Source: Methanosarcinales archaeon (GTDB lineage Archaea > Halobacteriota > Syntropharchaeia > Alkanophagales > Methanospirareceae). Taken from it: a DNA stretch of 54,650 nucleotides. The stretch lies in the NCBI GenBank assembly GCA_030611045.1, contig JAUWQN010000002.1:1-54650 (forward strand). Reading direction: 5' to 3'. The position numbers and the translations under genes were made by a program. Shown here piece after piece: positions 14,283-24,378 of the stretch; position 1 is the stretch's first letter, and the number at the start of each line of letters is the position of its first letter. A model generated the notes under the pieces. It was not told the DNA's origin. It searched no databases and saw only the letters and a list, made by a program, of their open reading frames with translations.

Positions 14283-14951
14283 ATGCTCAAGTACTTCGAC
14301 CTCAATGTCCATGCATATCCGGAAACCGATACGCCAGTAGAGGAACTGCTCAGCGTTGCGAAACGATACGGCTATGCCGGCATCGCAATAACAAACCACG
14401 ATAATATTGTGGGAGAGGATTTAGCATCAAATTATATCTTTACCGGAGTAGAGATAAAAGCAAATTCTGTTTCTGACCTGAAAAGGAAAATAAACCTTCA
14501 CTGGGGCAAAGTGTCCTTATTAGCGGTTCATGGCGGTAATGATAAAATAAATAGAGCGGCAGTAGAGAATCCAAAGGTGGATATATTGGCTCATCCGTGT
14601 GGAGAGAAAGGAGAAGGAGAATTGAACCACGTATTGGTGAGATACGCTGCTGAGAATGGTGTTGCAATCGATTTTAACATGAATTCGATAATCCACAGCC
14701 GAAGGGGTGAAAGAGCACGAACCCTCGGTAAAATGCGTGAGATTTTGAAGCTTGTAAGGAAATATAACACCCCGATGATATTAACCAGCCATGCACACAC
14801 CACCTACGATTTGAGAGCACCACGAGAGATGATTGCACTTGCAGCCCTGTTTGGAATGCCTAAAGAAGAGGCTACGAGTGCGTTATGCGATATTCCCAGG
14901 GGCGTATTAGAGAAGAGATGGAAAAAGGAGAGAGATGTGGAGATAATATGA
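14283..14951 (+). CDS. rnp3: Ribonuclease P protein component 3 (Rpp30)
   Basis: VHGG..KINRAAVE..VDILAHP, DLRAPREM. Confidence 0.9.
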   Translation: MLKYFDLNVHAYPETDTPVEELLSVAKRYGYAGIAITNHDNIVGEDLASNYIFTGVEIKANSVSDLKRKINLHWGKVSLLAVHGGNDKINRAAVENPKVDILAHPCGEKGEGELNHVLVRYAAENGVAIDFNMNSIIHSRRGERARTLGKMREILKLVRKYNTPMILTSHAHTTYDLRAPREMIALAALFGMPKEEATSALCDIPRGVLEKRWKKERDVEII

Positions 14952-15322
14952 ATATGAAATATATCCTGAGTTTGCTGCTTCATCTGCCTCCCTCTCTTCG
15001 TGAAAGGAGACGGTATCTTCGCTTTGAGGTGATCTGTGAACGAGAAATAGATAAGAGGGAATTGTTGAAAGAGATATGGGACTCGCTTTATGCATTATAC
15101 GGCGATGTAGGAGCAAGTGAAAGTAAGGTATGGCTGATCGAATACCATAAAAGTGAAGATGCAAACAGCGGCGGGGGCATCCTGAGATGCGCTCATGATA
15201 AAGTCGATGAAGTAAGGGCGTCTTTAGCGTGCATTCATTCAGTAAATGACGCACAGATTGGAATACGAGTAATCAAAATTTCAGGGACGATAAAAGGGGC
15301 AACTCTCCTGCGGCGACAATGA
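14948..15322 (+). CDS. rnp2: Ribonuclease P protein component 2 (Pop5)
   Basis: LPPSLRERRRYL, GILRC, ISGTIKGA. Confidence 0.9.
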   Translation: MNMKYILSLLLHLPPSLRERRRYLRFEVICEREIDKRELLKEIWDSLYALYGDVGASESKVWLIEYHKSEDANSGGGILRCAHDKVDEVRASLACIHSVNDAQIGIRVIKISGTIKGATLLRRQ

Positions 15323-15347
15323 ATGCACTCGGTATTTTGCATTTCTT

Positions 15348-16514
15348 TTAACCACGCCCCTTCAACATCTCTATAAACATCGCTAAATCCCTTTTCGTGA
15401 TAATTCCTATGATCTTCCCACTTTCCTCTCCTTCCACCGCCAAAACCTTCTTTTTCGTGCTTACCATTCGTTTTAGCGCTTCTATTGCTTCTTCTCCTTG
15501 TGATATAACGTCGCTCATTATATCAAAGGAGCTTATTATTATATCGGAGACATTTAATGGGTAACGTTGCTCGGCTGATAGCTTCTTAATTTCGCCGAAG
15601 GTTACGAAGCCCTTGAACTCGCCGTCTTCGTTTACCACTGCATATTCGGCGTTTTTCTCCGCAAGCATCTTCTCCACCAGCGCCGTGATGGGTATATCTT
15701 CCAGGACACTCGCGTTATCTGTTCTCATCACTTGTTTTACCGTTAGTCCCTCTAACGTGGCAACCGTGATCGTAGCACTTTCTTCTTCTGTTGCCGCTAT
15801 GTATAAAAAGAGGGCAATGAACGCTAAAAACGGGTTAAACGGTATTCTCACGTCTCCGGTAGAATAAAGTATAAAGGGATCGGGCATAAAGCCCACGATT
15901 GCCATTATAACAGCAAATGTCTTCCCCACGAATACTGCTCTCCTGGTCGCTTTGAGGAATTGCATACGTTTTGCAAGAAAAGCTCGTAACACCCGCCCAC
16001 CATCCATTGGAAAGGCAGGTAATAAGTTAAACGTGGCTAAAACCACATTAAGAAGCCCGAGGCTAAACAGTAAGATTGTAAGCGGGTCGTAAATAGCCAC
16101 GTGTACTGCGGCTATACCAAAATACGTGAAAAGGAATGCTCCACCGATGGCAAAACTCATCAAAGGTCCCACAATTGCTATCCGCAACTCCTTATCCGGC
16201 TCCTTTGGTAAATCCTCCATCATGGCTATGCCGCCAAAGATGAAAAGAGTGATGCCCCTTATTTTTGTCCCGTATTTCATCGCAACGTATGAATGGGACA
16301 GCTCGTGGAGTAATAAAGAGAGGAAAAAAAGAAAAGCCGCTATGGCCGCTAAGGATAGGCGGAAAGGTGTGGATAGTTCCCCAAGGTTTCCCAAGCCCAC
16401 CGGTCCTGGAGCTTCCGCAAACATCAGTACAATGAGCGGGAGGAGAATGAAAAAGGAGAAATGCAATCGTATAGGTATGCCAATAATTCTGCCAACTTGT
16501 ATAGATGTTTGCAT
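15348..16514 (-). CDS. Site-2 protease (M50) with CBS domains
   Basis: HELSH, FNLLPAFPMDGGR; C-terminal CBS pair. Confidence 0.92.
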   Translation of the reverse strand: MQTSIQVGRIIGIPIRLHFSFFILLPLIVLMFAEAPGPVGLGNLGELSTPFRLSLAAIAAFLFFLSLLLHELSHSYVAMKYGTKIRGITLFIFGGIAMMEDLPKEPDKELRIAIVGPLMSFAIGGAFLFTYFGIAAVHVAIYDPLTILLFSLGLLNVVLATFNLLPAFPMDGGRVLRAFLAKRMQFLKATRRAVFVGKTFAVIMAIVGFMPDPFILYSTGDVRIPFNPFLAFIALFLYIAATEEESATITVATLEGLTVKQVMRTDNASVLEDIPITALVEKMLAEKNAEYAVVNEDGEFKGFVTFGEIKKLSAEQRYPLNVSDIIISSFDIMSDVISQGEEAIEALKRMVSTKKKVLAVEGEESGKIIGIITKRDLAMFIEMLKGRG

Positions 16515-16574
16515 CGTTTATCGTTAGATTAATCAGTTAATTATATATATTACCGTCAATTCATAAATAGCATT

Positions 16575-16862
16575 ATGGAAATACAATTGTCTTCTTTATA
16601 TGGGCAGGATTTGTACACGGATAGAGGGATATACGTCGGTAAAATTGAGGATGTGAGTGTGGACATAAGGGAGAAGAGAGTGTCTGGTCTGGCAGTGAAG
16701 AACGTGAACCCAAACGCTTTCAACGCGGGCAAGAGGAAAGGGGTGATCGTTCCTTACCGATGGGTAACCGCAATTGGGGATATAGTGCTCATAAAGCACG
16801 TGAGGAGAAGAGCGGCGGAGCGAGAGGGCGAAGAAGAAGAGGAAGGAAAAAGGGAGCGGTAG
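16575..16862 (+). CDS. PRC-barrel domain protein (resembles archaeal cell-division CdpB1 type)
   Basis: LYTDRGIYVGKIEDV...VPYRWVTAIGDIVLI. Confidence 0.85.
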   Translation: MEIQLSSLYGQDLYTDRGIYVGKIEDVSVDIREKRVSGLAVKNVNPNAFNAGKRKGVIVPYRWVTAIGDIVLIKHVRRRAAEREGEEEEEGKRER

Positions 16863-16898
16863 GCAATAAAAGAAAAGAAGTAGTAGAAAGAGTCAGGG

Positions 16899-17675
16899 AT
16901 GACTGATCTGAACCGCGAGAGACTTTATAATAAGAACCGGGATAGGGAGGTCTACGCAGCTATAAAAGCTATTCCTCCTCTGATCGTACGTGCTGATGGG
17001 AGGAACTTCAGGCGTGTCTTAAGCGACGAGTTTGAGAAACCGTATGACGAGCGATTCGCAAAAGGGATGGCGAAAGCAGTGGCGATCTTTTTCGAGAAGA
17101 GCGGGTTCGACTCAAAGCTTGCTTACATCTTCTCAGATGAGATAAATCTTCTTTTTACGCATGTTATTTTTAAAGGAAGGATAGAGAAGCTGGATTCTGT
17201 AATTGCGAGTTTTTTAGCAAGTGCGTTGACCATCGTTTTGGACTTTAAAGAGGCTGTTGCCTTCGATGCACGGATTATCCCTGTTTGCAGCGGAGAGGAT
17301 GTTTTGGAATATCTCGTGCAGCGGCAGGCAGAAGCATGGCGAAACCATATTAATGCTTATGGATATTACGGACTGCAAGAGTCCGGGCTGAGCGAGAAAG
17401 AGGCTGAGAAGCGACTGAAAGGGATGAAGGCACCGCAGGTACATGAGATGCTTTTTCGTAAAGGGGTTAACCTGAATGAAACGCCGAAATGGCAAAAACG
17501 GGGCATTTTGATTGCTAAGGAACGGTATGAAAAAGAAGGTTACAATCCAAAAGCGGCGACAGAAGTTACGGTTACACGCTACAAGATAGTCCAGCTCTGG
17601 GACCTGCCGTTATTCGGATCTGAGGAAGGTCGAAATTTGATAGCGGAACTAATCGAAAATGAGAACATATCTTGA
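16899..17675 (+). CDS. thg1: tRNA(His) guanylyltransferase Thg1 / Thg1-like protein
   Basis: IVRADGRNF, FEKPYD, FSDEI, GRIEKLDS, FDAR, PKWQKRG. Confidence 0.93.
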   Translation: MTDLNRERLYNKNRDREVYAAIKAIPPLIVRADGRNFRRVLSDEFEKPYDERFAKGMAKAVAIFFEKSGFDSKLAYIFSDEINLLFTHVIFKGRIEKLDSVIASFLASALTIVLDFKEAVAFDARIIPVCSGEDVLEYLVQRQAEAWRNHINAYGYYGLQESGLSEKEAEKRLKGMKAPQVHEMLFRKGVNLNETPKWQKRGILIAKERYEKEGYNPKAATEVTVTRYKIVQLWDLPLFGSEEGRNLIAELIENENIS

Positions 17676-18504
17676 CTGCATTCCCTGTTTCGTTGATCAA
17701 GCACTCCGTGCAGGACGAATAGCAACAGATGATGAAAAGAAACTAAAAAGGATATTAGATGAAGTTGGAATGATGCTCAGAGATATTCCTCTTGAAAGCA
17801 CACCACCGGAAACAGGAATGCTCGTATACGAGAAAGTACGGGAAATCACAGGAGAATTTGATCCTTATAAGGAACTAAAAATCGAGAGTACTGAAAAAGC
17901 CTTGGCATTATATCCTTCTTTGAAGAGGATAGTTGAACAGTCAAATGATAAGCTCCTTACCGCAATAAGAATGGCGATTGCAGGAAATGTGATAGATTTC
18001 GGCCCCAACAAAGTTTTTGATATCGAAGAAGAGATAGATGTCGTGCTCAAGAAAGATTTTGCGATATACGATTACGATAAATTCAAAGATGGCTTAGATA
18101 AAACCAATGAGATTCTGTATCTCGGTGATAATGCGGGGGAAGCTGTTTTTGATAGAATTTTAATAGAGGCATTGAAAAAGCCAGTGACATATGTCGTTAG
18201 GGATGTACCGGTTATAAATGATGTGACATATGAGGACGCTATACAGGCAGGTATTGATGAAGTTGCGAGTATAGTATCATCCGGAACGAGTGCGCCTGGC
18301 ACTATCCTTAAAACATGCACTGCGGAATTTAAAGATGTGTATAACAACTCGAATTTTATAATCAGTAAGGGGCAGGGAAATTACGAGGGACTTTCTAATG
18401 AAAAACGACCCGTCTTCTTTCTGTTAAAAGTAAAGTGTCATGTTATAGCTCACGATATTGGTGTCAATGTTGGCGATATCGTATTGAAAGGAATGAACGT
18501 TTGA
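17659..18504 (+). CDS. DUF89 / ARMT1-like damage-control phosphatase
   Basis: DCIPC, AIAGNVIDF, GDNAGE, INDVT, SKGQGNYEGL. Confidence 0.9.
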   Translation: MRTYLDCIPCFVDQALRAGRIATDDEKKLKRILDEVGMMLRDIPLESTPPETGMLVYEKVREITGEFDPYKELKIESTEKALALYPSLKRIVEQSNDKLLTAIRMAIAGNVIDFGPNKVFDIEEEIDVVLKKDFAIYDYDKFKDGLDKTNEILYLGDNAGEAVFDRILIEALKKPVTYVVRDVPVINDVTYEDAIQAGIDEVASIVSSGTSAPGTILKTCTAEFKDVYNNSNFIISKGQGNYEGLSNEKRPVFFLLKVKCHVIAHDIGVNVGDIVLKGMNV

Positions 18505-18574
18505 AAATTCGAAGAAAAAAAGTAATCGCACCACTCATGGATTTCTTCAATCTGTGCTAATCATCGCCCAGTTA

Positions 18575-18649
18575 TGGGCCCGAAGGGATTCGAACCCTTG
18601 ACCGCCCGGTTATGAGCCGGGCGCTCTAACCATGCTAAGCTACGGGCCC
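18575..18649 (-). tRNA. tRNA with CAT anticodon, probably tRNA-Ile2 (elongator Met not excluded)
   Basis: GGGCCCGTAGCTTAGCATGGTTAGAGCGCCCGGCTCATAACCGGGCGGTCAAGGGTTCGAATCCCTTCGGGCCCA folds as a cloverleaf; GGGCCC acceptor is typical of archaeal Ile tRNAs; no intron, no encoded CCA. Confidence 0.93.
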
Positions 18650-18760
18650 CTTATCTCTTAGTAGTATAGCACCGTTTCATATAAATAATTTTATATGTGT
18701 ATGAACCAATAGAGCTAAATGTAGCTTAGTATAAGTCATATCTTAGCAGTTAATGAAACG

Positions 18761-19822
18761 ATGAAAATAGCTTTTTACCATCGCACTGTAAGTGGTGGAA
18801 TAAAGACGCACGTTGAAGCACTCTCGCACGAATTCGAGAAGTTGGGACATGAAGTAAAGAGTATAGACCAGTTTTCGCTCGGCTCGCACATGCTGGGTAA
18901 TTCGGCGGGTGGTATTTCGTATGGTTTTGACTTCGCACTCGGAAAGATAAAAAAAGAGGTGGAAGATTGCGACGTTCTCCATATACACCACGCAGCTACG
19001 TTCTCTGAATATTTCCTACCCTTTTCTTCCATCTGCTCTGAGGTCAACATTGTCAATACGTTCCATATTCAAGCGGGGGAGGGTCTCAGCGGTGAGGTCG
19101 CAAAAACACTTATATCAATGCTTGTTACTCTTTATACCGGTCGTTCAAAGAAATTCATCTCGGTAAGTGCAGAAATTGCCGAGTATATTCGCCAACATTG
19201 CTATGGTTATGGCTATGGCGATAATGGTAACGGAACTGAACTCGTGGTTATACCAAACGGCGTGGATGTAAAACGTTTTCACCCCGCAGAAAAGGATGAA
19301 AAAGAAAGCAACGAGCGGGGAAAGAGCATCTGTATAGGCTATCTTGGACGATTGTCTCCTGAAAAGAATGTCATAAATATGATAAAGGCAGTGAAGGCGT
19401 TGGACGTAGACAACGTCTGTTTAAAGATTGCGGGTGCTGGCCCGCTGTATAGCAAAGTGAAAAGGCTGGAAGACGAACGAACAAAGGTTTTAGGGTATGT
19501 TAAAGACGCCCCGTCCTTCTATCGAGGCATAGACGTTTTCTTATTGCCTTCTAAGCTTGAAGCACAGCCAATTGCACTGCTCGAAGCGATGGCGTCTGGG
19601 CTGCCGATTATTGCCACCGATGTTGGGGATAACAAGCATTTTGTCCGTGGGAATGGCATAATCTGTGGCACATCAGCGAAGGAAATAGGAGCTGCAATAA
19701 ACGCGATGCTACGAGAAAACTGGGAAAAGATGGGCGTAGAGTCAAGGAAATTGGTTGAACGGGACTACACGTGGGATAAGATAGCAGCACGGACACTGGA
19801 TGTGTATAAAGCCACGCTATAA
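18761..19822 (+). CDS. Glycosyltransferase family 4
   Basis: VIPNGVD, GRLSPEKN, EAQPIALLEAMASG. Confidence 0.92.
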   Translation: MKIAFYHRTVSGGIKTHVEALSHEFEKLGHEVKSIDQFSLGSHMLGNSAGGISYGFDFALGKIKKEVEDCDVLHIHHAATFSEYFLPFSSICSEVNIVNTFHIQAGEGLSGEVAKTLISMLVTLYTGRSKKFISVSAEIAEYIRQHCYGYGYGDNGNGTELVVIPNGVDVKRFHPAEKDEKESNERGKSICIGYLGRLSPEKNVINMIKAVKALDVDNVCLKIAGAGPLYSKVKRLEDERTKVLGYVKDAPSFYRGIDVFLLPSKLEAQPIALLEAMASGLPIIATDVGDNKHFVRGNGIICGTSAKEIGAAINAMLRENWEKMGVESRKLVERDYTWDKIAARTLDVYKATL

Positions 19823-19894
19823 TCTTAACAAGCCTTTCAATACGTATCCACAGGGGCTTCTTTTCGCTTCGCTTAGCTTAAACTTTTCGCGATT

Positions 19895-20785
19895 TTACTG
19901 TTTTTGTGGCGAGATATGGCCAATCTTAAAATTTGTGATGAAGTCTCTCGCCTCCTCCAAACAGCGGTCTTTACTAAGAACAGCCTTTTCCAACATGTAT
20001 TTTTCATCAGAAAACCCGACATAAACGGCTAATTCCACATTCTCGCCTTTACAATAAGCATGCACCCCTACTGGAAGCGAACATCCACCACCCATTACTT
20101 TTAATACTTCCTTCTCCGCTTCAGCCTCTACCCTCGTCTTTGCATCGTCTACCGCCTTTAAAATATTACTCTCCTCCGACCCTTTCCTCGTAACTACCGC
20201 AATTATTCCTTGCCCCGGTGAAGGCACAAACGGGTCACAATCCAGCCTTTCATATTCTATATTCAGATTCAACCGCTCAAGTCCTGCTTCCGCAAGAATC
20301 ACACCGTCATATTCACCTCTTCTAAATTTCTCAATCCTCGTGTCCACGTTACCCCGGATGTCCTTTATTTTTACTTTTACACTCTTCTTCTCCGTGTAGT
20401 TCAAAAATTGGTACTTCCTCCTCACACTTGAGGTTCCTATCACTGCACCCTCAGGCATATCAGCCAAACTATATTTCGAGACCAACACATCATACGGCGA
20501 ATCACGAGGCAAGACCGCGGAGGTCTCTAACCTTTCATCCCTTTCCAGAGGTATATCCTTCATGGAATGCACTGCAATGTCTATTTTATCGGTTAAAAGC
20601 ATTGTATCGAGTTTTTTAACAAAAACGCCCTCTGATGGCATCTCATATAATCCTCTATCCGTTATGACATCGCCTAAACTCTGCACCGATTTTATCTCGT
20701 AGCCCAATCCCAGCGCTCGCAACCGTTCACATACTTTCTCGGTCTGCAATATTGCCAGCTTACTACCTCTCGTCCCTATGATCAT
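19895..20785 (-). CDS. hemC: Hydroxymethylbilane synthase
   Basis: GTRGSKLA, AVHSMKD, GTSSVRR, RGNVDTR, GGCSLP. Confidence 0.96.
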   Translation of the reverse strand: MIIGTRGSKLAILQTEKVCERLRALGLGYEIKSVQSLGDVITDRGLYEMPSEGVFVKKLDTMLLTDKIDIAVHSMKDIPLERDERLETSAVLPRDSPYDVLVSKYSLADMPEGAVIGTSSVRRKYQFLNYTEKKSVKVKIKDIRGNVDTRIEKFRRGEYDGVILAEAGLERLNLNIEYERLDCDPFVPSPGQGIIAVVTRKGSEESNILKAVDDAKTRVEAEAEKEVLKVMGGGCSLPVGVHAYCKGENVELAVYVGFSDEKYMLEKAVLSKDRCLEEARDFITNFKIGHISPQKQ

Positions 20786-20868
20786 TTGTAGTTTGCTAAA
20801 TGTATTCTTCTCATTCTACTAAAATCTTTTTTATATGTGGGGAATTAAAGTTTAACAACGGTGAAAAA

Positions 20869-21398
20869 ATGGACCGCCACAAAAAGTGTGAAGAATAAAG
20901 ACACGCGATATGGGTAAAAGCGAAAGATGTTCGGGATAGTATTAAGCGGTTAGAAAAGGCAGCATTGAAATATCCAGAGGATATGTATGACCATCCTTTC
21001 CGATATAGCATATCCTTATCTTGCTATTGATGATATAGACAATGCAGTCCGGATCTATCAGAAGATCATTGATCGGAAGGACCGCTTTGAACATGTCTGG
21101 GATAATGAACTTGGAGAAGCGTATTTATTCACGAAGAATTATGAGAAGGCTATTGAAATACTGGAAAACTCAAACGTTATTGATTATCATCAAGGTCTGT
21201 TTCTCGCTTTTGCATATCTCAAAGCTGGCGGCAGGAAGAAATTTAAGGAGCAATTTGACAAATGGATTTCAGAGAATTTGGAAAAATCTTTCGAGTTCGG
21301 TAGCTATAACCAGTATATCAAAGCTTTGTTCGGTGATGAGGACGCCAGGTTTATAGAAAGAAGATGTCTGGGACAAGTATTATGAGAAATACAGCGGG
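20869..21398 (+). pseudogene. TPR protein pseudogene
   Basis: In-frame TAA at 20896; frameshifts at TATG-TATG (20982-20989) and AGAA-AGAA (21355-21362); TPR-like LEKAALKYPEDMTILSDIAY... Confidence 0.7.
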
Positions 21399-21700
21399 TT
21401 CGATACGTATAAAACTGTGCTCAATGCTGATAAAATATACTTACAGGACGACGAGAGCGTCTTCGGACATGTATTTATATCGTTCCTTTCACTCTGTATC
21501 CACTGTAAACTGGAGCAGCTCTTGAAGAAAGCGGAACTCAACCGTAAGCTCACTCCGATTGATCGGTTGTTCAAATACGGCAAGGTATATCATGTCGATC
21601 TGGGGGGGCATAGCATGATCTCCGAGGTTCCAAAGAAGGTCAGGGACTTGGAGAAGAGAGACTTTGGTCGAACATATTCCCTAAGTGATGTGGAGTTAAG
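21399..21700 (+). mobile_element. 3' fragment of an IS1634-like transposase, with probable right end near ...GAGTTAAGG
   Basis: FDTYKTVLNADKIYLQDDESVFGHVFISFLSL resembles the C-terminus of IS1634/IS4-superfamily DDE transposases. Confidence 0.6.
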
Positions 21701-21744
21701 GTTACTAAGTAAAAAGAGATAACTACACTACAGGGAAGGTAAAG

Positions 21745-24126
21745 ATGAAAAGTTCTTTTGGTAAAGCTTTTCTTACCAAGAAAAGGTTTGAGGTAGGGAT
21801 ACGGGATGCGAACGATGAAGAATTGACTCGTATAAGTGAAAGTATGGGTCTTTCGCTCAATTTGGAAGAGATGTGCAGGCTAAAGCGATATTTTGCTGCG
21901 AAAAACAGAGAGCCAACGGATGTAGAACTCCAGAGTATTGCACAGGCGTGGTCGGAGCATTGCTGTTACAAGAGTTCGAAAAATGTATTGCAGAAGTTCA
22001 TTTTTGGGATAGAAGCGCCGCAGAATATGTTAGTGATAAAAGAAGATGCGGGCGTCCTGGAATTTGACAAGGACCATGCGTATGTTTTTGCCTTCGAGAG
22101 CCATAACCATCCTTCGGCAATAGAGCCTTACGGTGGTGCAGCAACAGGGATTGGAGGGATAGTCCGGGATGTAATCTGCATGGGCGCGCAGCCTATTGCG
22201 TTGATTGACCCTTTATTCTTCGGCCCGTTGGATTATGGGTATGACCAACTTCCTGCAGAAGTGAAGCATCCGCGGTTTTTGTTTAATGGTGTTGTTGCAG
22301 GGATAAGCGACTACGGGAATCGTATAGGCATTCCAACATGCGCGGGTATGGTTTATTTCGATGAAGGCTACGTGGGCAACTGTGTGGTGAATGTCGGCTG
22401 TGTAGGAATAATGAAGAAGGCTGATTTGAGCAGAAGCATGGCGAAGCACGGTGAAGTGCTTGTCTTGGTTGGCGGGAAGACCGGGCGAGATGGTATACAC
22501 GGAGTTACCTTTGCTTCGGTGGAGCTGACGGGTGAGGAGGAATTCAGAAGCGCAGTTCAATTGGGTGACCCGATAACTAAGGAACCACTCATGCATGCGA
22601 TACTGGAAGCGAACGGGAAGAGGTTGATAAGCGGGATGAAGGATTTTGGTGGCGGTGGCTTGTCCTGCGCGGTGAATGAGATGTGCCATGCAGGTGGATG
22701 CGGTGCTGAGATTCACTTAGAGCGAGTGAAGTTGAAGGAAGAGGGTCTTAGCGCATGGGAGATCTGGGTTTCTGAATCACAGGAACGGTTTTTAATCGCG
22801 GTGGAGCCGGATAACGTGTACGAATTACTGGCAGTATTCGAGAAATGGGATGTAGATGCTGTAGCTATAGGTCAAACAAAACCTTTCTTTAGAGAAGAAA
22901 GCTTTACCAAAGAGAAGAAATATTCGCCTGTTTCACAGATAACGATTTTTTACGATAACGAGAAGATATTTGAGCTGGAGACAGATTTTCTCGTCTCCTG
23001 TCCTGTTTATGTGCGTCCGATGGAGGTGAGGCGGGAGGAAAAAGAGAAGTTCGTGGCGATAGAAGAGCCCGTAGACTATAACGAAACTTTAAAACGGTTG
23101 CTTTCCGCGCCGAATATCGCATCCCGGGAATCGGTTATAAGACAATATGACCATGAAGTGCGGGCTTCTACAGTAATAAAACCGTTGCAAGGGCCAATAG
23201 GAAAAGAGACGCATGGCGATGCCACGGTGATAAAGCCGTTAGAAGACTCTTATAAGGGACTTGCGATTACTTCGGATGTGAATCCGTCCTTTTGTAGAAT
23301 AAATCCGTTTTGGGGCGCTGCAAGCGCGATAGACGAGGTGTGCAGGAATTTGACCGCGGTAGGTGCAACTCCTCATGCGTTTGCCGACTGCTTGAACTTC
23401 GGCAATCCCGAGAAGCCGGACAGGATGGGCGATTTCTATGAATGCTGTCGTGGTCTCGGCTACGTGGCATCCTCGCTTGGAGTGCCGTTTGTAAGCGGGA
23501 ATGTGAGTTTTTATAATGAATCCGCAGCGCTGAAAGAATCTATTCCTCCCACACCCACTATTCTGGGTATCGGGCTATGCGAAGACGTGCGAGAATGCGT
23601 TACGGTGGACGTTAAGGAAGCTGGCAATCCGTTATATATGATAGGCGAAACGAAAGCGGAGCTGGGCGGAAGTGAGTATTGCAAGTTATGGCATGTAGAA
23701 GGCGGAATTGTGCCGAGGACCGATCCAGCGGTGCTGAGCAGGAGTATGCAATCGTTACGGGAGGCGATGAAGATGAGCGTAATAGCGAGTTGTCATGACG
23801 TTTCCGAAGGTGGTCTTGCGGTTGCGGTATGCGAGATGCTATTAGGCGGGGATATTGGCGCTTCTATTAATATTGCAGATGTAAACCCGGAACTGAGAAG
23901 CGATTATAAGTTGTTCTCCGAGTCGAATTCGAGATGGGTGGTGGAGGTGTGTAGAGGAGAAGCAGCAGGAAGGTTTGAGGAGTTGATGAATACACGAGGC
24001 GTTTGTATAAGTAACATAGGTGAGACTTTGGAGGAGAAGCGGATTGGGATTCAAGATAAGAACAAAGAGTTGGTGAATATTTCATTAGAAGAAGTAAGAG
24101 AGGCGTGGTTGGGGACATTTGGTTGA
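21745..24126 (+). CDS. purL: Phosphoribosylformylglycinamidine synthase subunit PurL
   Basis: WSEHCCYKSS, ESHNHPS, GGKTGRDG, SESQER, LNFGNPE, SGNVSFYN. Confidence 0.96.
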   Translation: MKSSFGKAFLTKKRFEVGIRDANDEELTRISESMGLSLNLEEMCRLKRYFAAKNREPTDVELQSIAQAWSEHCCYKSSKNVLQKFIFGIEAPQNMLVIKEDAGVLEFDKDHAYVFAFESHNHPSAIEPYGGAATGIGGIVRDVICMGAQPIALIDPLFFGPLDYGYDQLPAEVKHPRFLFNGVVAGISDYGNRIGIPTCAGMVYFDEGYVGNCVVNVGCVGIMKKADLSRSMAKHGEVLVLVGGKTGRDGIHGVTFASVELTGEEEFRSAVQLGDPITKEPLMHAILEANGKRLISGMKDFGGGGLSCAVNEMCHAGGCGAEIHLERVKLKEEGLSAWEIWVSESQERFLIAVEPDNVYELLAVFEKWDVDAVAIGQTKPFFREESFTKEKKYSPVSQITIFYDNEKIFELETDFLVSCPVYVRPMEVRREEKEKFVAIEEPVDYNETLKRLLSAPNIASRESVIRQYDHEVRASTVIKPLQGPIGKETHGDATVIKPLEDSYKGLAITSDVNPSFCRINPFWGAASAIDEVCRNLTAVGATPHAFADCLNFGNPEKPDRMGDFYECCRGLGYVASSLGVPFVSGNVSFYNESAALKESIPPTPTILGIGLCEDVRECVTVDVKEAGNPLYMIGETKAELGGSEYCKLWHVEGGIVPRTDPAVLSRSMQSLREAMKMSVIASCHDVSEGGLAVAVCEMLLGGDIGASINIADVNPELRSDYKLFSESNSRWVVEVCRGEAAGRFEELMNTRGVCISNIGETLEEKRIGIQDKNKELVNISLEEVREAWLGTFG
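21752..21790. repeat. Palindromic repeat copy encoding the PurL N-terminus
   Basis: CTTTTCTT-ACC-AAGAAAAG stem; reverse complement matches 22873-22916. Confidence 0.65.
22873..22916. repeat. Palindromic repeat copy in frame inside purL
   Basis: AAACCTTTCTT-TAGAG-AAGAAAGCTTTACCAAAG; encodes TKPFFREESFTKEK. Confidence 0.65.
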
Positions 24127-24133
24127 TATTTCA

Positions 24134-24151
24134 AACCTTTTAGAAAAGGTT
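24134..24151. repeat. Palindrome just after the purL stop (repeat family, possible terminator)
   Basis: AACCTTTT-AG-AAAAGGTT. Confidence 0.55.
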
Positions 24152-24249
24152 CAATACAAAAACAGTGGGTCTGGCCCCTTATGTTGGTTGCAAGGGTTTT
24201 AAGCACGACTTACTCTCTCATATGGTTGGCATAGGAGGTGAGTAGGAAC

Positions 24250-24378
24250 ATGGCATGTACAGCGCAGATGTTCAGCGAAGATGAAGAAGACTTGCTGTGC
24301 ATCTTAAGGAAGAAGCCGCGGCGAAGCGAGTGGCTCGATGTTGAAGAAGACCGGCTGGAAATGGACGAAGAGTTTTAA
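24250..24378 (+). CDS. Small acidic hypothetical protein, 42 aa
   Basis: Strong SD (AGGAGGTGA) upstream; MACTAQMFSEDEEDLLCILRKKPRRSEWLDVEEDRLEMDEEF. Confidence 0.5.
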   Translation: MACTAQMFSEDEEDLLCILRKKPRRSEWLDVEEDRLEMDEEF

